Virus record (IMG/VR): IMGVR_UViG_3300043429_000130
Coordinates: 32,001 to 96,000 of that record
Direction: 5' to 3' (one strand)
DNA: 64,000 nt
Source: a virus
Below the pieces are notes generated by a model. It saw only the letters and a program-made list of their open reading frames with translations, had not been told where the DNA came from and made no database searches. The first letter of the stretch is position 1. Every line of letters starts with the position of its first letter. This document shows positions 19,330-31,600 of this stretch, piece after piece. Position numbers and translations under genes: made by a program.

Positions 19330-22300
19330 TTATTTATTTTTTAGTTCTTTAATCTCGTTCTTTAACTCTTCTATCTGAGCTTGTTGTTCCTTTATACCTT
19401 CTATTAATAAAGGTACAATCCTATCATACTTTACAGTAAGATAATTTTCACCAGTCTTAGATATAATTTCTCCTGTTTCAGGTACACCTTGCATATCAAA
19501 TGGAGCCAATGAAACAGCTTGTGGTAAAACTGCTTGAATTTGCTGAGCAGATACACCAGCTTGTTCTTTTTCATTAGTATAACCAAGACTACGTGCTAGT
19601 TCATTTTCTACATATACAAATCCTTCTAATGATTTAATCTTTTGTATAGCATCTGTAATAATGGTTATCTTAGTTTTTAATCTTTCATCAGAGTAATACG
19701 CTGTAACATCTCCAGTACCATAATAGTTACCACTACCATAGTTTCCACCACCTGCACTAATTCCTGATAAATAAGAACCATTTATTACTTGGTGATGCCA
19801 CGTAGCTCCATTAGATAAATTCCAAATTGGACCATATGATTCAGATAGTCTAGCTCCAGTACTATTTCCAGTACTTGCACCAGAACCCGTTAAAGCTAAT
19901 ACACCGCCAAAGTTAAGTCCACTAATAGTTGCATTATTTGATAATGTAGATGCTGAACCTGTTATGTTTATTCCCCAAGTACCAGAAGCATTACCACCAG
20001 TAAGTGTAGGAGAATAAGAGTTATAGTTACTTGAGTGTAATGATTGTACTGGAGTAATTGATACTTTTTTAGAAGAAGAAGGTTCAGTACTATCACTTAT
20101 AGATGTTACTCTATTTGAAGCAGAGCCTCCAGCTTCTCTTACTTTTACGCTAAAAGAGTTCCAGTAACTAGCTCTTGGCCACCAAAAAGCTAAATTACCG
20201 CCATAGTTAAATATTCTTATTGGTCCAGGAAAATAGCCACCATAGGATAATGCACCAACATTTATAAAAGTATCTGCATATATATACCCCTCTAATAATA
20301 AAGCAAAAGGTCCTGCACCACTACCATAGCTTTTACCTGTAACTTCCATTACAAAAGAATCACCGTATGTTACAGAGGCATTGATGTTTGTAACTACTAA
20401 TGTACCATTAGGAAAATCACTGCCTGAATGATATGGAACTACATTCTGTAAAGACCATCCACCTAATTGTGCAGCAGATCCAGAAATACTAATACCCCAA
20501 GTGCCATCAGCTACACCACGTATAGAGTTTTTAACATGAGCAAGATTAGATTTTCTAGACCATCCATCACCATTAGAAGTTATAAAACTACTAATAGTAG
20601 GATTTTCATTTTCAGAAGTATTAAAGTTAACATGGTTTGCATAGATGTACCCATTAGCATCTCTTTGTACAATATAACTAGCAATAATACTACTACTTAT
20701 ATTAGAAGCTGATATTGGACCATTAGCTGTTATAGCTCCTGTATTAGCAAGTGTAATTACAGGGGTTCCACCTCTATTAGCTGAAAATATTCTAACCCCG
20801 TATGAAAATCTCATTGAGCAATATGCGTCATTAAGATCTACAATATCACCATCGTCAGCTAGAATAATACCTCCTCCTGTTGTGTTACTTGATGAAACTG
20901 TTATATTACCTGCAATAGATAAAGCACCAGATATTGAACCACCAGCTGTTGGTAAATAAGGACCTCCTGTTACATAACCAGGCCCATTAGTAAGTTGATT
21001 GAGATTGGTTAAATTACCACTATGCCAAACATCTGCATAAGAAGAATAAGCAGTTCCTGAGCCAAATGACTGTTGCCATATTCTCATTCCAATACCACTT
21101 TTAAGAAACATCACCAAGTTATCAGAACCTCCAGAACTATCAGAATAAGAACGTAAGTGTAGATAATCAGCATAAGGAGCACCATCATTATTAGCCCAAG
21201 ATGTAAATCCAAATCTTAGTTCAGCTGCATTATCTTCAGAAGGAGATATTGTTCTATTATCTCTAGAAGATAGTCTAGCTGAAGCACCAGATATTGTTGC
21301 AGAAGAAGTAATGTACCCAGATGGATTAGTACTATTATATGGAGTATAACCAAGAGCATTTGTTACATTAGCTGATGTAATTCCAGTAATATATCCTGGT
21401 CCATTACTTAATTGATTAAGATTTGTAAGAGTTCCTGTTCCCCAAACTGTTCCTGTATTGTGATTTAAAGTTACAGTACCAGAATTCATTTCAAACTTAA
21501 GAACATTAATAGTATCGTGATAAATACCTATATGTGAGTAACCGCTTCTATGAAGTGCAATACCTGCAGTTCCAGAAGTTGCTCTTACTTCAAACTGTAG
21601 TCCACTATAATAATTAGAAGGAGTTGCAATGTTTCTATCAAGCATTAATGTAGAAGTAGTTCCTGAACCACCACTCATTACAATGGCTGTTCCAGTGCTT
21701 GCTCCTCTACTTGTTACAGAAGCCAAAGTATCAGTTTCTGTGTATCCAGTTATATAACCATTAGGATTGGTAGCATTGTAAGGAGTATATCCTAAAGCTG
21801 TTGTTACATTACTAGAAGTAATCCCTGTTATATACCCTGGTCCGTTTGTAAGCTGGTTTAAGTTTGTTAAACTAGCAGCCGTCCATACATTACTACCTTT
21901 ATACTGAAACTGATTTATATTTACATAAAGAAGTTCAGCTCCTGTAGTAGTGACTTTAAGACCTTCGTCTCCATTATCTGTTAGAGCAATAAGTAGATTA
22001 GACAATGCTCTACCGCCACTTGCTCCATCACCAGTAGATTCAAATGTTATAGAAGCTCCATCTGTGTTAGCTGCCCAAGTAAGACCTGCACCACTAGAAC
22101 CAAAAGACAGATTTCCTGTCATTGAATCACCTGCTGTATTAACCCATACATCAGCTACAGATGTTAAGTAACCTTGAGAAGTTACCCAAGACTGAGTTGC
22201 ATATCCAGATAAAGCTGAAGAAGTTATATAACCTGCACCATTGGTAAGTTGGCTATTGTTAGTAATACTATTTGTAATAGTAGTTGTTCCACTACTTGTA

Positions 22301-23892
22301 GAAACACTTATTCCAGAACCAGCTACTATTGATAATATACCTGTATTAGATATGGATAGTGAGCCTCCAGATGTACTTACACTTATTCCGCTACCTGCCG
22401 TGGCAGATAACAATCCTGTATTACTAATGCTTAATGTTCCACTTGATGTGCTTACGCTAATACCACTTCCGGCAACTCCTGATAATAAACCAGTGTTAGA
22501 AATACTTAAAGTACCACCAGAAGTGCTGACACTAATTCCTGAACCAGCAAGTGCAGATAGTATACCTGTATTACTAACAGTTACAGTTCCTCCACTTGTA
22601 GAAGTACTAATCCCAGATCCTCCTACTACAGATGATACACCTGCAGTAATACTCCAAGATCTATCTGCTGATAAATCATAACTAGTACCGTTGATAGTTA
22701 ATGTACGAGTAGTAGGTACACCACCTAATCCACTTAGTGTATACACAGGTAATGTTTGCCAGGTCTTATCACCACGCCAATACTGAGCAGTAGTTCCTGC
22801 TGTAATAGCTGGTTCTTTAGTACCAATTAACGTAGTAATTGTTGCACTAAAGTTAGCATCATCTCCTAACGCAGCTGCTAGCTCATTAAGAGTGTCAAGT
22901 GTACCTGGTGCACTATCTATTAAGTTAGAAATACTTGTATCTACATACGTTTTTAAAGCATAGTTAGCTCTTTCAGATGTCCATACTGGATCAGTCTCTG
23001 TATATGATTGCAAGTATCTAGCATCAGCTGCAGTTTTAGTATAATAGTTAACCTTCTCTGAAGTCCATACAGGATCTGTTTCTGTGTACGACTGCAGATA
23101 TCTAGCATCCGCTTGTAACTTTGTGTAGTAGTTTATTTTCTCTGAAGTCCAGATAGGATCAGTTTCTGTAAAAGAAGTGAGGTAGCCAGCTAATGCATGA
23201 TTACCCCAAGAGTAAGCACTGTTCCAGTTAGTAATGTTTGTAGTGGTAATAGCTTTAATATGGCTAGCCACTGTAGGATCTGTTTCAGTGAAAGATGTTA
23301 AGTATCCTTCTACAGAATGATCTCCCCAACCAAAAGCTGTATTCCAATTGGCTGAGTTATTAACTATACTAGTTCCCCATGATGTTCCATTAGATAATGG
23401 TATACCAACAGATGGGTAAACCATTGAGTCTATACTAAATATTCTATTAGCAGATAGATCAGCTGTCTGCCCGTTAATAGTAATAGTCCTTGTTACAGGT
23501 ACATAGTTTCCTACAATACCAGATCCATACTGTGGTATATTGATTATACCAGTAGTGCTATCATAAGTAGCCGGACCAGATGTATTAAATGTAGTAACAC
23601 TTAAAGCTTTTCTAGCTCTACTATCTGTAAAGTATAAAGCCTGGCCTTCTGTAACTAAGTCTGTGTTATAATCTCCCTGGCGGGCTACTACAGCACCGGT
23701 TCTACCAAATACAGAACTAACAAGATTACCACCACTCTGTGTGATAAGCTGTGCTATAGAAGCAGATGATATCCTACCTCCAGGTCCGGGTACAAGAACT
23801 TTATTCTGTGTACCGGTAGTAGCAGGTATAGAAGCTACAGATACACCTGCAGGAAAATAAGCATTACCATAACTATCTACTTGATAAGACAT
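19330..23892 (-). CDS. Long tail fibre 3 with C-terminal intramolecular chaperone (peptidase S74-like)
   Basis: 1520 aa, Gly/Ser/Thr-rich repeats. GDVTAYYSDERLK...GVSAQ...YDRIVPLLIEGIKEQQ. Confidence 0.85.
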   Translation of the reverse strand: MSYQVDSYGNAYFPAGVSVASIPATTGTQNKVLVPGPGGRISSASIAQLITQSGGNLVSSVFGRTGAVVARQGDYNTDLVTEGQALYFTDSRARKALSVTTFNTSGPATYDSTTGIINIPQYGSGIVGNYVPVTRTITINGQTADLSANRIFSIDSMVYPSVGIPLSNGTSWGTSIVNNSANWNTAFGWGDHSVEGYLTSFTETDPTVASHIKAITTTNITNWNSAYSWGNHALAGYLTSFTETDPIWTSEKINYYTKLQADARYLQSYTETDPVWTSEKVNYYTKTAADARYLQSYTETDPVWTSERANYALKTYVDTSISNLIDSAPGTLDTLNELAAALGDDANFSATITTLIGTKEPAITAGTTAQYWRGDKTWQTLPVYTLSGLGGVPTTRTLTINGTSYDLSADRSWSITAGVSSVVGGSGISTSTSGGTVTVSNTGILSALAGSGISVSTSGGTLSISNTGLLSGVAGSGISVSTSSGTLSISNTGLLSATAGSGISVSTSGGSLSISNTGILSIVAGSGISVSTSSGTTTITNSITNNSQLTNGAGYITSSALSGYATQSWVTSQGYLTSVADVWVNTAGDSMTGNLSFGSSGAGLTWAANTDGASITFESTGDGASGGRALSNLLIALTDNGDEGLKVTTTGAELLYVNINQFQYKGSNVWTAASLTNLNQLTNGPGYITGITSSNVTTALGYTPYNATNPNGYITGYTETDTLASVTSRGASTGTAIVMSGGSGTTSTLMLDRNIATPSNYYSGLQFEVRATSGTAGIALHRSGYSHIGIYHDTINVLKFEMNSGTVTLNHNTGTVWGTGTLTNLNQLSNGPGYITGITSANVTNALGYTPYNSTNPSGYITSSATISGASARLSSRDNRTISPSEDNAAELRFGFTSWANNDGAPYADYLHLRSYSDSSGGSDNLVMFLKSGIGMRIWQQSFGSGTAYSSYADVWHSGNLTNLNQLTNGPGYVTGGPYLPTAGGSISGALSIAGNITVSSSNTTGGGIILADDGDIVDLNDAYCSMRFSYGVRIFSANRGGTPVITLANTGAITANGPISASNISSSIIASYIVQRDANGYIYANHVNFNTSENENPTISSFITSNGDGWSRKSNLAHVKNSIRGVADGTWGISISGSAAQLGGWSLQNVVPYHSGSDFPNGTLVVTNINASVTYGDSFVMEVTGKSYGSGAGPFALLLEGYIYADTFINVGALSYGGYFPGPIRIFNYGGNLAFWWPRASYWNSFSVKVREAGGSASNRVTSISDSTEPSSSKKVSITPVQSLHSSNYNSYSPTLTGGNASGTWGINITGSASTLSNNATISGLNFGGVLALTGSGASTGNSTGARLSESYGPIWNLSNGATWHHQVINGSYLSGISAGGGNYGSGNYYGTGDVTAYYSDERLKTKITIITDAIQKIKSLEGFVYVENELARSLGYTNEKEQAGVSAQQIQAVLPQAVSLAPFDMQGVPETGEIISKTGENYLTVKYDRIVPLLIEGIKEQQAQIEELKNEIKELKNK
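22250..22640 (-). repeat. Tandem 75-bp (25-aa) repeats GILSALAGSGISVSTSGGTLSISNT, about 5 copies
   Basis: Visible in the translation of fibre 3. Confidence 0.85.
22960..23310 (-). repeat. Repeats of YLxSxTETDPxWTSE (about 28 aa), 3-4 copies
   Basis: Visible in the translation of fibre 3. Confidence 0.8.
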
Positions 23893-26800
23893 TATCTAAT
23901 TTGTTTTGTAGTTCTTCAATCTGTTTTTGTTGCTCTTTAATAGCTTCAATAAGCAAAGGTACTATCTTCTCGTACTTAACTGTTAAGAAGTTCTCTCCTG
24001 ATTTAGATACACCCATGTTATTATCAAATGGAGCTAATTTAACAGCTTCAGGTAATACCTCTTGTACTTCTTGTGCAAACACACCTGCTTCTCTTGTTTC
24101 TGTATCAGGTTCCCAACCATGTTTACTACCTACATTATTCCATTGATAAGTCATACCTGTTAGCTTCATCACCTTATCAATAGCATTATCTATAACTTGA
24201 ATATTATGCTTTAATCTTTTATCAGAAGCATAAGCTATAATATCATAATACCCACGGAAGTGATTATCACCGTCATTTACAGAAGCTGTAATTGTAGCCC
24301 AGTCTGAGTTATTATAAAATCTAGTTCCATTATAACCATAGTAAGCACCAATCTTAATACCTGTATGGAATGCAATATGTAAATCTGGGTAAGGATGAGA
24401 CCATGATCCAGTTTGTCTATATATAGCATAACTATAATCTGAGAAACTATTACTAAAATACAAACCAAATGGATGATCAGTAGCAACATCATGAATATTT
24501 CTAGTATAATGTGTAATTAAACTATGTAATCTTGAAGTACTATTTGGATCTAAATAATATGATGTATCATTTCTATCATAAAATATATTAGCATGTATCT
24601 CATTTACATCATAAACTGTATTACCATTTAAATACATAGTGCCATATAACCAGTTAGTACCTGTACTATATATACCTGATGGGTGATAAGATGCTGAACC
24701 AGTTCCTGCTACATTTGATGTTCCTTGAATAGAATAAGCAGATAAGCCTGAAAATTTAACATCTGGATTTATAGTAGTACCAATTGTACCAAAAGAAGTA
24801 ACTATTGATATATTCCAACCTGTACCTTGACTTCCTGCATCTGATGCTCTAAATCCAGAAGTAAAATCTAAAACACTAACTACTGGATATGACCATCCAG
24901 TGTTTGTTTCTCCAATCCATACACAGTCTACACCATCTTGATTACCAAATCTTACAGTATGAACAGGTGCATTACTTCCACCTATAAAGGTAGCAGAAGA
25001 ATTATATCCTCCTTGATCGTATGCATAGTTACCTAATAAATACTCAGATGTTTGATTAGTAGAATAATTATAAATTCTAACTTTCATAGTCCACATAGGA
25101 TTATTACCTCTAAAAGGTAATTTAATCCTTATAGCTCCAGTAGAACCGTCAGAAGAAAATGCTGCTCCTTTAGGTGCAAATACTCTACTAACAACGTTTG
25201 GAGATGAAGAAGAGTACCCATTACTACCAAAAGAACCATCAGAATGAATATTACCTGCAATACGTAAAGATGTACCTGATGTATTAGGATCTAAATAATA
25301 TCCTCTATCGTTGTTATCATAGAATATAGTACCATAAACTGCTCCACCAGATTCTAAATATGAAGAAGCATATAAATAATCAAAACTTCTTTGTGAAGTT
25401 GTTCCAGAACTAGATGCGTAGTTAACGGATTGAGATCCAATGTTACCAGCATGTATAACAGGACTTCCTGCAGATATACCGCCACTAGTACCATTTATAT
25501 ATAACATACCTCTGATTTTAGTATTACCAGAAGTATCAACTATTAATCTACCATGATGAGCATCGTTGCCTGACCAAGCATCACCAATACCATAATGACC
25601 ATTACCATCTTGAAGATCGCTGTATCCAATGCTAAATATACCAGGATTATAGTTAGCAATACCCATAGTCCATAATCTATATCCTCCAGCACTTAAAGTT
25701 CCACTCATTACTATATAAGCACCATGAGTAGTATTAGTACCGTTATAAGCATTCAAGTGTAATGCTGGATAGTAATCAGCATTTATTGCAATAGCTTTTC
25801 TATTATCATCAGCATATATACGTGATGAAGTATCTATACCTACACGTAGTGATGTATATGAGCTTGCATTAGGAATCTTTAATGCACTTAAGTTTGAAAC
25901 ACCATTAGGGTCTACATAATATCCTGTATCATTAGAGTCGTAGAATATTGGTGCTCTCATAGAACCTGCTGCTTCCATATAAACATGAGAGTACACTCTA
26001 GCATCTTCTATAAGAAGTCTACTATTACCACCAACCATCATATTTACACTATGGCCTGTATAACTTCCTATAAATACAGAACCTGGAGTATGCACATACA
26101 TACCTGCTTCAATACCAGGTGTTCTAGCATGTAATACAAATTTAACATGAGGACCATTACTAAATCTTACTTGAGTACCCCATCCACCTGGATCTGACCA
26201 ATCATCTCCACTATCTCCTACATAAAGGTTTCTTAAACGTGAACCTCCTGCTGGATTAAGATAATATGCTGTATCATTTGAATCGTAGAAAATAGGAGCA
26301 CGCATGTCATCTCTAGCCCTAATAGAACCAGAAACAGCAGCTAAAAATGTACCATTTTCCATTACAAGAAGACCATGTGTATTAAGGTTTCCTGCTACAC
26401 CACCTGCATTAGGATGAGACCAAGCTAAACCATAAAGTGAACCTGTAGTTGTACCATCAGCAGGTAACTTATATGCGTCTCCCATTGCAAATACACCTTG
26501 ATATCTAGTAGATGTATACACACCTACTACAGTGTTGCCATAGTTATCATCTATATAAAAATTACCATTAGCTCCATTTGCAGTAGTAGCATTACCACTA
26601 ATATTCATACTAACACCACTCATAGCAGAAGCTAAACCTTGTAATGTATAACTTCTAATATAATAATCACCACTATTAAAACCAGCTATATAACTAATAC
26701 CAGTACCTCTTTCAGAACCACCACCAGATGTATAGAAATAAGAGTTTTGAATGTAACCATTAGAATCACGTTGTACTATTGTATTAGCACCACCTGTTTG

Positions 26801-28684
26801 ATTAGGACCATAACCTCCCAACTGTGAAGAGTTTGTTGCTGTAGAAGCATTACCAGATAAACTTCCACTAAATGTAGGAGCACTAACCGTACCTGTCATA
26901 GTAAGATTACCTGATTGGTCCATTACAAATACTTGAGTGCCACTAGAATTTCTTATTTGGAAGTTAGTTTGAGAAACTATATTATAACTACCTGCACCTG
27001 TAGCTCCACTTGTATTAAATGATATTACAGCAGTTGAACCCGGAAGTCTGACGTTTTCATTATAGTTTCCTCCAGGACCTTGAGCTATTAATAATCCTAC
27101 TGTAACAGCGTTTGATGTAGTGCTTCCTCTACTTGTTACCGAGTTTAATGTATCTGTCTCGGTATATGATGTAATATAACCGGGCCCATTAGTAAGTTGA
27201 TTTAAATTAGTAAGATTACCACTATGATATATAGTGTTACCATCCCAATATAAAACTTGATTTGTTCTCATTTCTAAGAACGTACCTTTTACACCACTAA
27301 TATGAAATGCAATACCTGTTGCAGTATTATCATAAGATTCTGTCCATAAAGCTGCTGTAGTATAGTTACCAGCTGTTTGAGATTTTCTAGTTCTTAATCC
27401 ACCATAATAAGTTGTTTCGGTAGAAGTAGTAGCTCCACGAGCTGTAACATTAGCAAGAGTAGAAGTCTCAGTATAAGAACTTATGTACCCACTTGGATTA
27501 CTATTATTATAGGGTGTATACCCTAAAGCTGTTGTAACATTAGAAGAAGTTATTCCTGTAATATATCCAGATGGATTGGTAGAATTATAAGGTGTATACC
27601 CTAATGCATTGGTTACTTGAGTAGATGTAATACCTGTTAAATAGCCACCACTTGCGTGGTTACCCCACCCATATGCAGTATTCCAGTTTGCACTATTGTC
27701 AGTTATGGATGTGCCCCAGGCAGTACCTGTAGATAAAGCTATTCCTGCACTAGGATAAACCATTGAGTTAATAGTCCAACTACGGTTGGCTGTTAAATCA
27801 TAGCTAGTTCCATTGATAGTTATAGTTCTAGCTTGTGGAACTTTTGTTCCTATAGAAGTAGAAACAGTTGTGGCAAAATTAGGATCATCACCAAGAGCTG
27901 CCGCAAGTTCGTTGAGTGTATCAAGAGTTCCTGGAGCTGCGTCTACTAAATTAGAAATAGCTGTACCTACATACGTTTCTGTAGCATACCCAGTTAAAGC
28001 AGATGATGTGATATATCCAGCTCCGTTAGTAAGCTGGTTGTTGTTAGTAATAGTATTAACTACGTTTAGGTTACCTCCTACAATAGATAAACTGATCCCA
28101 GCACCTGCTGAAGCAGTTAGTACACCTGTATTAATAACGTTTAAGTTCTGATCAACTACTGAAAGACTAATACCAGATCCGGCAGACGCTGTTAGTATAC
28201 CAGTATTTATTACATTAAGATTCTGATTAACAACACTAAGGCTAATACCTAATCCAGCTGAGGCTGTTAATATACCTGTGTTTACAACATTTAAGTTTTG
28301 GTTTACAACACTTAAACTAATACCGGCTCCTGAACTAGCAGTAAGTATACCAGTATTAACAATGTTAAGGTTTTGATTAACTACACTTAATGATATACCT
28401 AAACCAGCACTAGCTGTCATCACACCTGTATCAATAGACCAAGCACGGTTAGAAGAAAGATCGTAAGAAGTTCCGTTGATAGTAATAGTTCTACTAGTAG
28501 GTGCATAAGCAGTTACAGCACCACCTACAATAGATCTTACCCATGCAGTGGTTGGAACCTTTCCGCTATTATCTTCACCAGTAGGAGCTATGCCTAAAGC
28601 AAGACTAGCCGGTAATACCACATGACCGTCTGCATCATACTGAAATACATTAAGTATATGGGAGGTCTTCCTTTGTTTGTTCAT
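23873..28684 (-). CDS. Long tail fibre 2 with C-terminal intramolecular chaperone (peptidase S74-like)
   Basis: 1603 aa. DIIAYASDKRLK...GVFAQEV...YEKIVPLLIEAIKEQQ; four IFYDxNDxxYYxxP repeats. Confidence 0.85.
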   Translation of the reverse strand: MNKQRKTSHILNVFQYDADGHVVLPASLALGIAPTGEDNSGKVPTTAWVRSIVGGAVTAYAPTSRTITINGTSYDLSSNRAWSIDTGVMTASAGLGISLSVVNQNLNIVNTGILTASSGAGISLSVVNQNLNVVNTGILTASAGLGISLSVVNQNLNVINTGILTASAGSGISLSVVDQNLNVINTGVLTASAGAGISLSIVGGNLNVVNTITNNNQLTNGAGYITSSALTGYATETYVGTAISNLVDAAPGTLDTLNELAAALGDDPNFATTVSTSIGTKVPQARTITINGTSYDLTANRSWTINSMVYPSAGIALSTGTAWGTSITDNSANWNTAYGWGNHASGGYLTGITSTQVTNALGYTPYNSTNPSGYITGITSSNVTTALGYTPYNNSNPSGYISSYTETSTLANVTARGATTSTETTYYGGLRTRKSQTAGNYTTAALWTESYDNTATGIAFHISGVKGTFLEMRTNQVLYWDGNTIYHSGNLTNLNQLTNGPGYITSYTETDTLNSVTSRGSTTSNAVTVGLLIAQGPGGNYNENVRLPGSTAVISFNTSGATGAGSYNIVSQTNFQIRNSSGTQVFVMDQSGNLTMTGTVSAPTFSGSLSGNASTATNSSQLGGYGPNQTGGANTIVQRDSNGYIQNSYFYTSGGGSERGTGISYIAGFNSGDYYIRSYTLQGLASAMSGVSMNISGNATTANGANGNFYIDDNYGNTVVGVYTSTRYQGVFAMGDAYKLPADGTTTGSLYGLAWSHPNAGGVAGNLNTHGLLVMENGTFLAAVSGSIRARDDMRAPIFYDSNDTAYYLNPAGGSRLRNLYVGDSGDDWSDPGGWGTQVRFSNGPHVKFVLHARTPGIEAGMYVHTPGSVFIGSYTGHSVNMMVGGNSRLLIEDARVYSHVYMEAAGSMRAPIFYDSNDTGYYVDPNGVSNLSALKIPNASSYTSLRVGIDTSSRIYADDNRKAIAINADYYPALHLNAYNGTNTTHGAYIVMSGTLSAGGYRLWTMGIANYNPGIFSIGYSDLQDGNGHYGIGDAWSGNDAHHGRLIVDTSGNTKIRGMLYINGTSGGISAGSPVIHAGNIGSQSVNYASSSGTTSQRSFDYLYASSYLESGGAVYGTIFYDNNDRGYYLDPNTSGTSLRIAGNIHSDGSFGSNGYSSSSPNVVSRVFAPKGAAFSSDGSTGAIRIKLPFRGNNPMWTMKVRIYNYSTNQTSEYLLGNYAYDQGGYNSSATFIGGSNAPVHTVRFGNQDGVDCVWIGETNTGWSYPVVSVLDFTSGFRASDAGSQGTGWNISIVTSFGTIGTTINPDVKFSGLSAYSIQGTSNVAGTGSASYHPSGIYSTGTNWLYGTMYLNGNTVYDVNEIHANIFYDRNDTSYYLDPNSTSRLHSLITHYTRNIHDVATDHPFGLYFSNSFSDYSYAIYRQTGSWSHPYPDLHIAFHTGIKIGAYYGYNGTRFYNNSDWATITASVNDGDNHFRGYYDIIAYASDKRLKHNIQVIDNAIDKVMKLTGMTYQWNNVGSKHGWEPDTETREAGVFAQEVQEVLPEAVKLAPFDNNMGVSKSGENFLTVKYEKIVPLLIEAIKEQQKQIEELQNKLDNVLSSR
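28050..28430 (-). repeat. Tandem 75-bp (25-aa) repeats GILTASAGxGISLSVVNQNLNVVNT, about 5 copies
   Basis: Visible in the translation of fibre 2. Confidence 0.85.
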
Positions 28685-28693
28685 AACCTACTA

Positions 28694-31600
28694 TTATCTA
28701 TTTATAAGTTGTTTTACTAAATCTTTAAGTTCTTCTATCTCACTCTTCTGAGATTCTATTTGTGTCTGCTGCTCTTTTATAGCTTCTGTAAGTAATGCTA
28801 CCATTTTGCTATAATCTATCGAATGCCTATCACTAATTCCAGCAAGTAGGTCAGGCTGTACGCTAACTACTTCAGGAACAATTTCCTTAACATCTTGCGC
28901 AATGAAACCAAGCTTAGTAGACTTATCTTCAATGTCTATTCTGTTATAATAAACACCTGTTAGCTGCAATACTTTTTCTAACGCATTCTTAACAGGGGTA
29001 ATATTACTTTTAATCCTTTTGTCAGAATAAGCAGTTACGTCACCAGACGCTGTAGCGTTACCTGAGTTGTCCACTCTAAATATCCAGTTTCTTCCAGTGT
29101 TTAAAAAACCGATTTCATTTGCGGCTGAGTTGTGAATATAATTCCTAGTTGTGCCGCCACCTATAAAGTGTATAGACGCATCAGAGTTACCACTATGTAC
29201 ATAAAAATCAGAACCATTTTCTGGATATAAATGCCATCCTGTATTAGACCAATAGATACCGTTGTTGTTGGTGTGATTTCTGAACCAACCACCGGATGTA
29301 TAAACATCATTACCAGTTACACTACTTGCTGCAGTAAGACTACCAGCCACAGTTACATACCCATTCCATATTCTAAATTGCTCTCCATTACCATACCTGA
29401 ACTCCATTCTATCTGAGTATCCAAGTATAGATGTAGTAGGCATACCTGATTCACCAGATGCACTAAAAGCAATTACAGATACTCCGTTTGGTGCATTGAA
29501 CAGTCTTATATTTTCATTGTATGCATTAAAATTACCTCCATTGTTTATCCATACAGAACCATTACTTATCGTACTTCCAAAACTAGCAGCACCTGTACTA
29601 GAAAGAGTCATAGATGATGTTCTTGTTCCTCCTGTAGTAGTATTGTAAAAAAACCAATCACCGCTAGGAGAAAATCTCATGTATGCCTGACCAAAGTTTC
29701 CATTAAATCTTCCGAAGCCACTTGGAGAACCTCCGTTATTAATCACGTTATATCCAAAACCAGCCCAGTCCCATGTCACTCCGGGTTCAGAGCACCATTG
29801 ATATAATACAACTCTTCCTGTTGCTGCTCCATTATTTGCAGCAGGTAATTCATTTTGAATATATGAAGTTCCGTGTCCTCCTGTATTTGTAAATCCATCT
29901 ATTGAATAATATGCTCTACTTGCTACACTTGCACTGCCTGCACTAGTAGCATAGTTAACAGATTGAGAACCGATGTTACCAGAATGTATTAATGTTCTTA
30001 TTGTACCATTATCAAAAAAAGTACCATTAGCATAAATATAATATGTACCACCAACCGGTGAGCCAATATACGTTCCATAGCTTCCGTTATACCCAAAAGC
30101 ATCGGTCATTGCACCATGTGAAAACATTGTACCACTACTTAAGCTAGAGTAAAATCTTGGGGCACGCATATCTCCCGCTGCAAATATTGTACTAGCCGAC
30201 CAGATATATCCAGTGAAATTTGACATCATCCACTGAGCATAAGCTGATGTTGCTCCAACAAAATTAGATGTCAACACTCCATTGCCATTTACATTAGCTG
30301 CTGACATACCAAATAATTCAGCGCCAACTGTTGTATATCCACCAAATGTGTGATTCCCAGAAGGATTATTTTTCCAATACAATCCCCAGTTAGCTGCGTT
30401 TTCTTGGAATATCCATGCATCAACTTCAGATACAGCATGCTTTAAAAGTATAGAACCACCAGGAGCAGTAAAAGTTATTCCACTAGCAGTACTAGAACCA
30501 CGTGACATTACTGTTGCTAGTGTATCTGTTTCTGTATATCCTGTTATATACCCGGGGCCGTTAGTTAACTGGTTAAGATTAGTTAAGTTACTAGAATTCC
30601 AAACAGTATATTCTGTTCCGTTACTAGCGGCCCATTTTATTGATCTACCTCTAAATACGTAATCTCCTGTATCAGTTGGTTCACCCCAATATACATTTTT
30701 ACCAGATTCAAAATTATATACACCACTTACTGAACTATGTGCACCTTTATACACAACTCTCCAGTATCCTGATGCTACATCTACTTTATATGCTGGATTA
30801 GTTATACCTGTATAATCACCACCAGCATTTGACCAAGCAGCAGCAAACACAGGAGTTCCACTCATTGTACCACCTGATAAAGGAAGAGCGTATGAATTAT
30901 AATTACCGGCATGAATTATAGTATTGCCAAGTATACTAGCACCAGTAGAAACAATTCTAAGTACTGAACTATTATTAGAACCTAAATGTAAAGGAGCATC
31001 TTGTACATTTATTATAGCAGCGTGGTTAGGTCCATGATATCCAGTAGGAGAACTTTCATTACAGTATCCAAGTAAGAGACCCCATGAACTATTATGACTA
31101 ATATTCATTTGGTTATCTGTTCCACCTGTAACATTAAATATGCCACCATTTGTAGAACCACCTGTACCTATATTAGTCTTACCAGTTACAGTACCACCAG
31201 AAAGAGGTAAATAGTTACTAGGAATAAAATTTCCAGCATGCCAAACTTGGTTACCTCCTTGTTGAAGAGATCCAGTTACTACATTAACTGTTGAACCAGT
31301 AATGCGTAAAGTAGATGCTGATCCTTCAATATTTACAGTACCATAAGTACTTGTTTGTCTGTTATAAGCTATTATATAAACTTGTCCTCCTGATGTACCT
31401 ATTTCAGCTGCTAAACCTGTTGCAGCATTACCTGTATACCAACCAGTAAAACGACCCATTCCACCTGTAGATATATCTCCACTAAAATCTCTCTGTGATA
31501 CTGTTACAGCATTTCCTGAAATATTAGTTTGATCTCCTGTATTAGTACCACTAAGATTTGCAGCTGTTAGTGAACCTGTAAAGTTAGCTGTACCATCTAC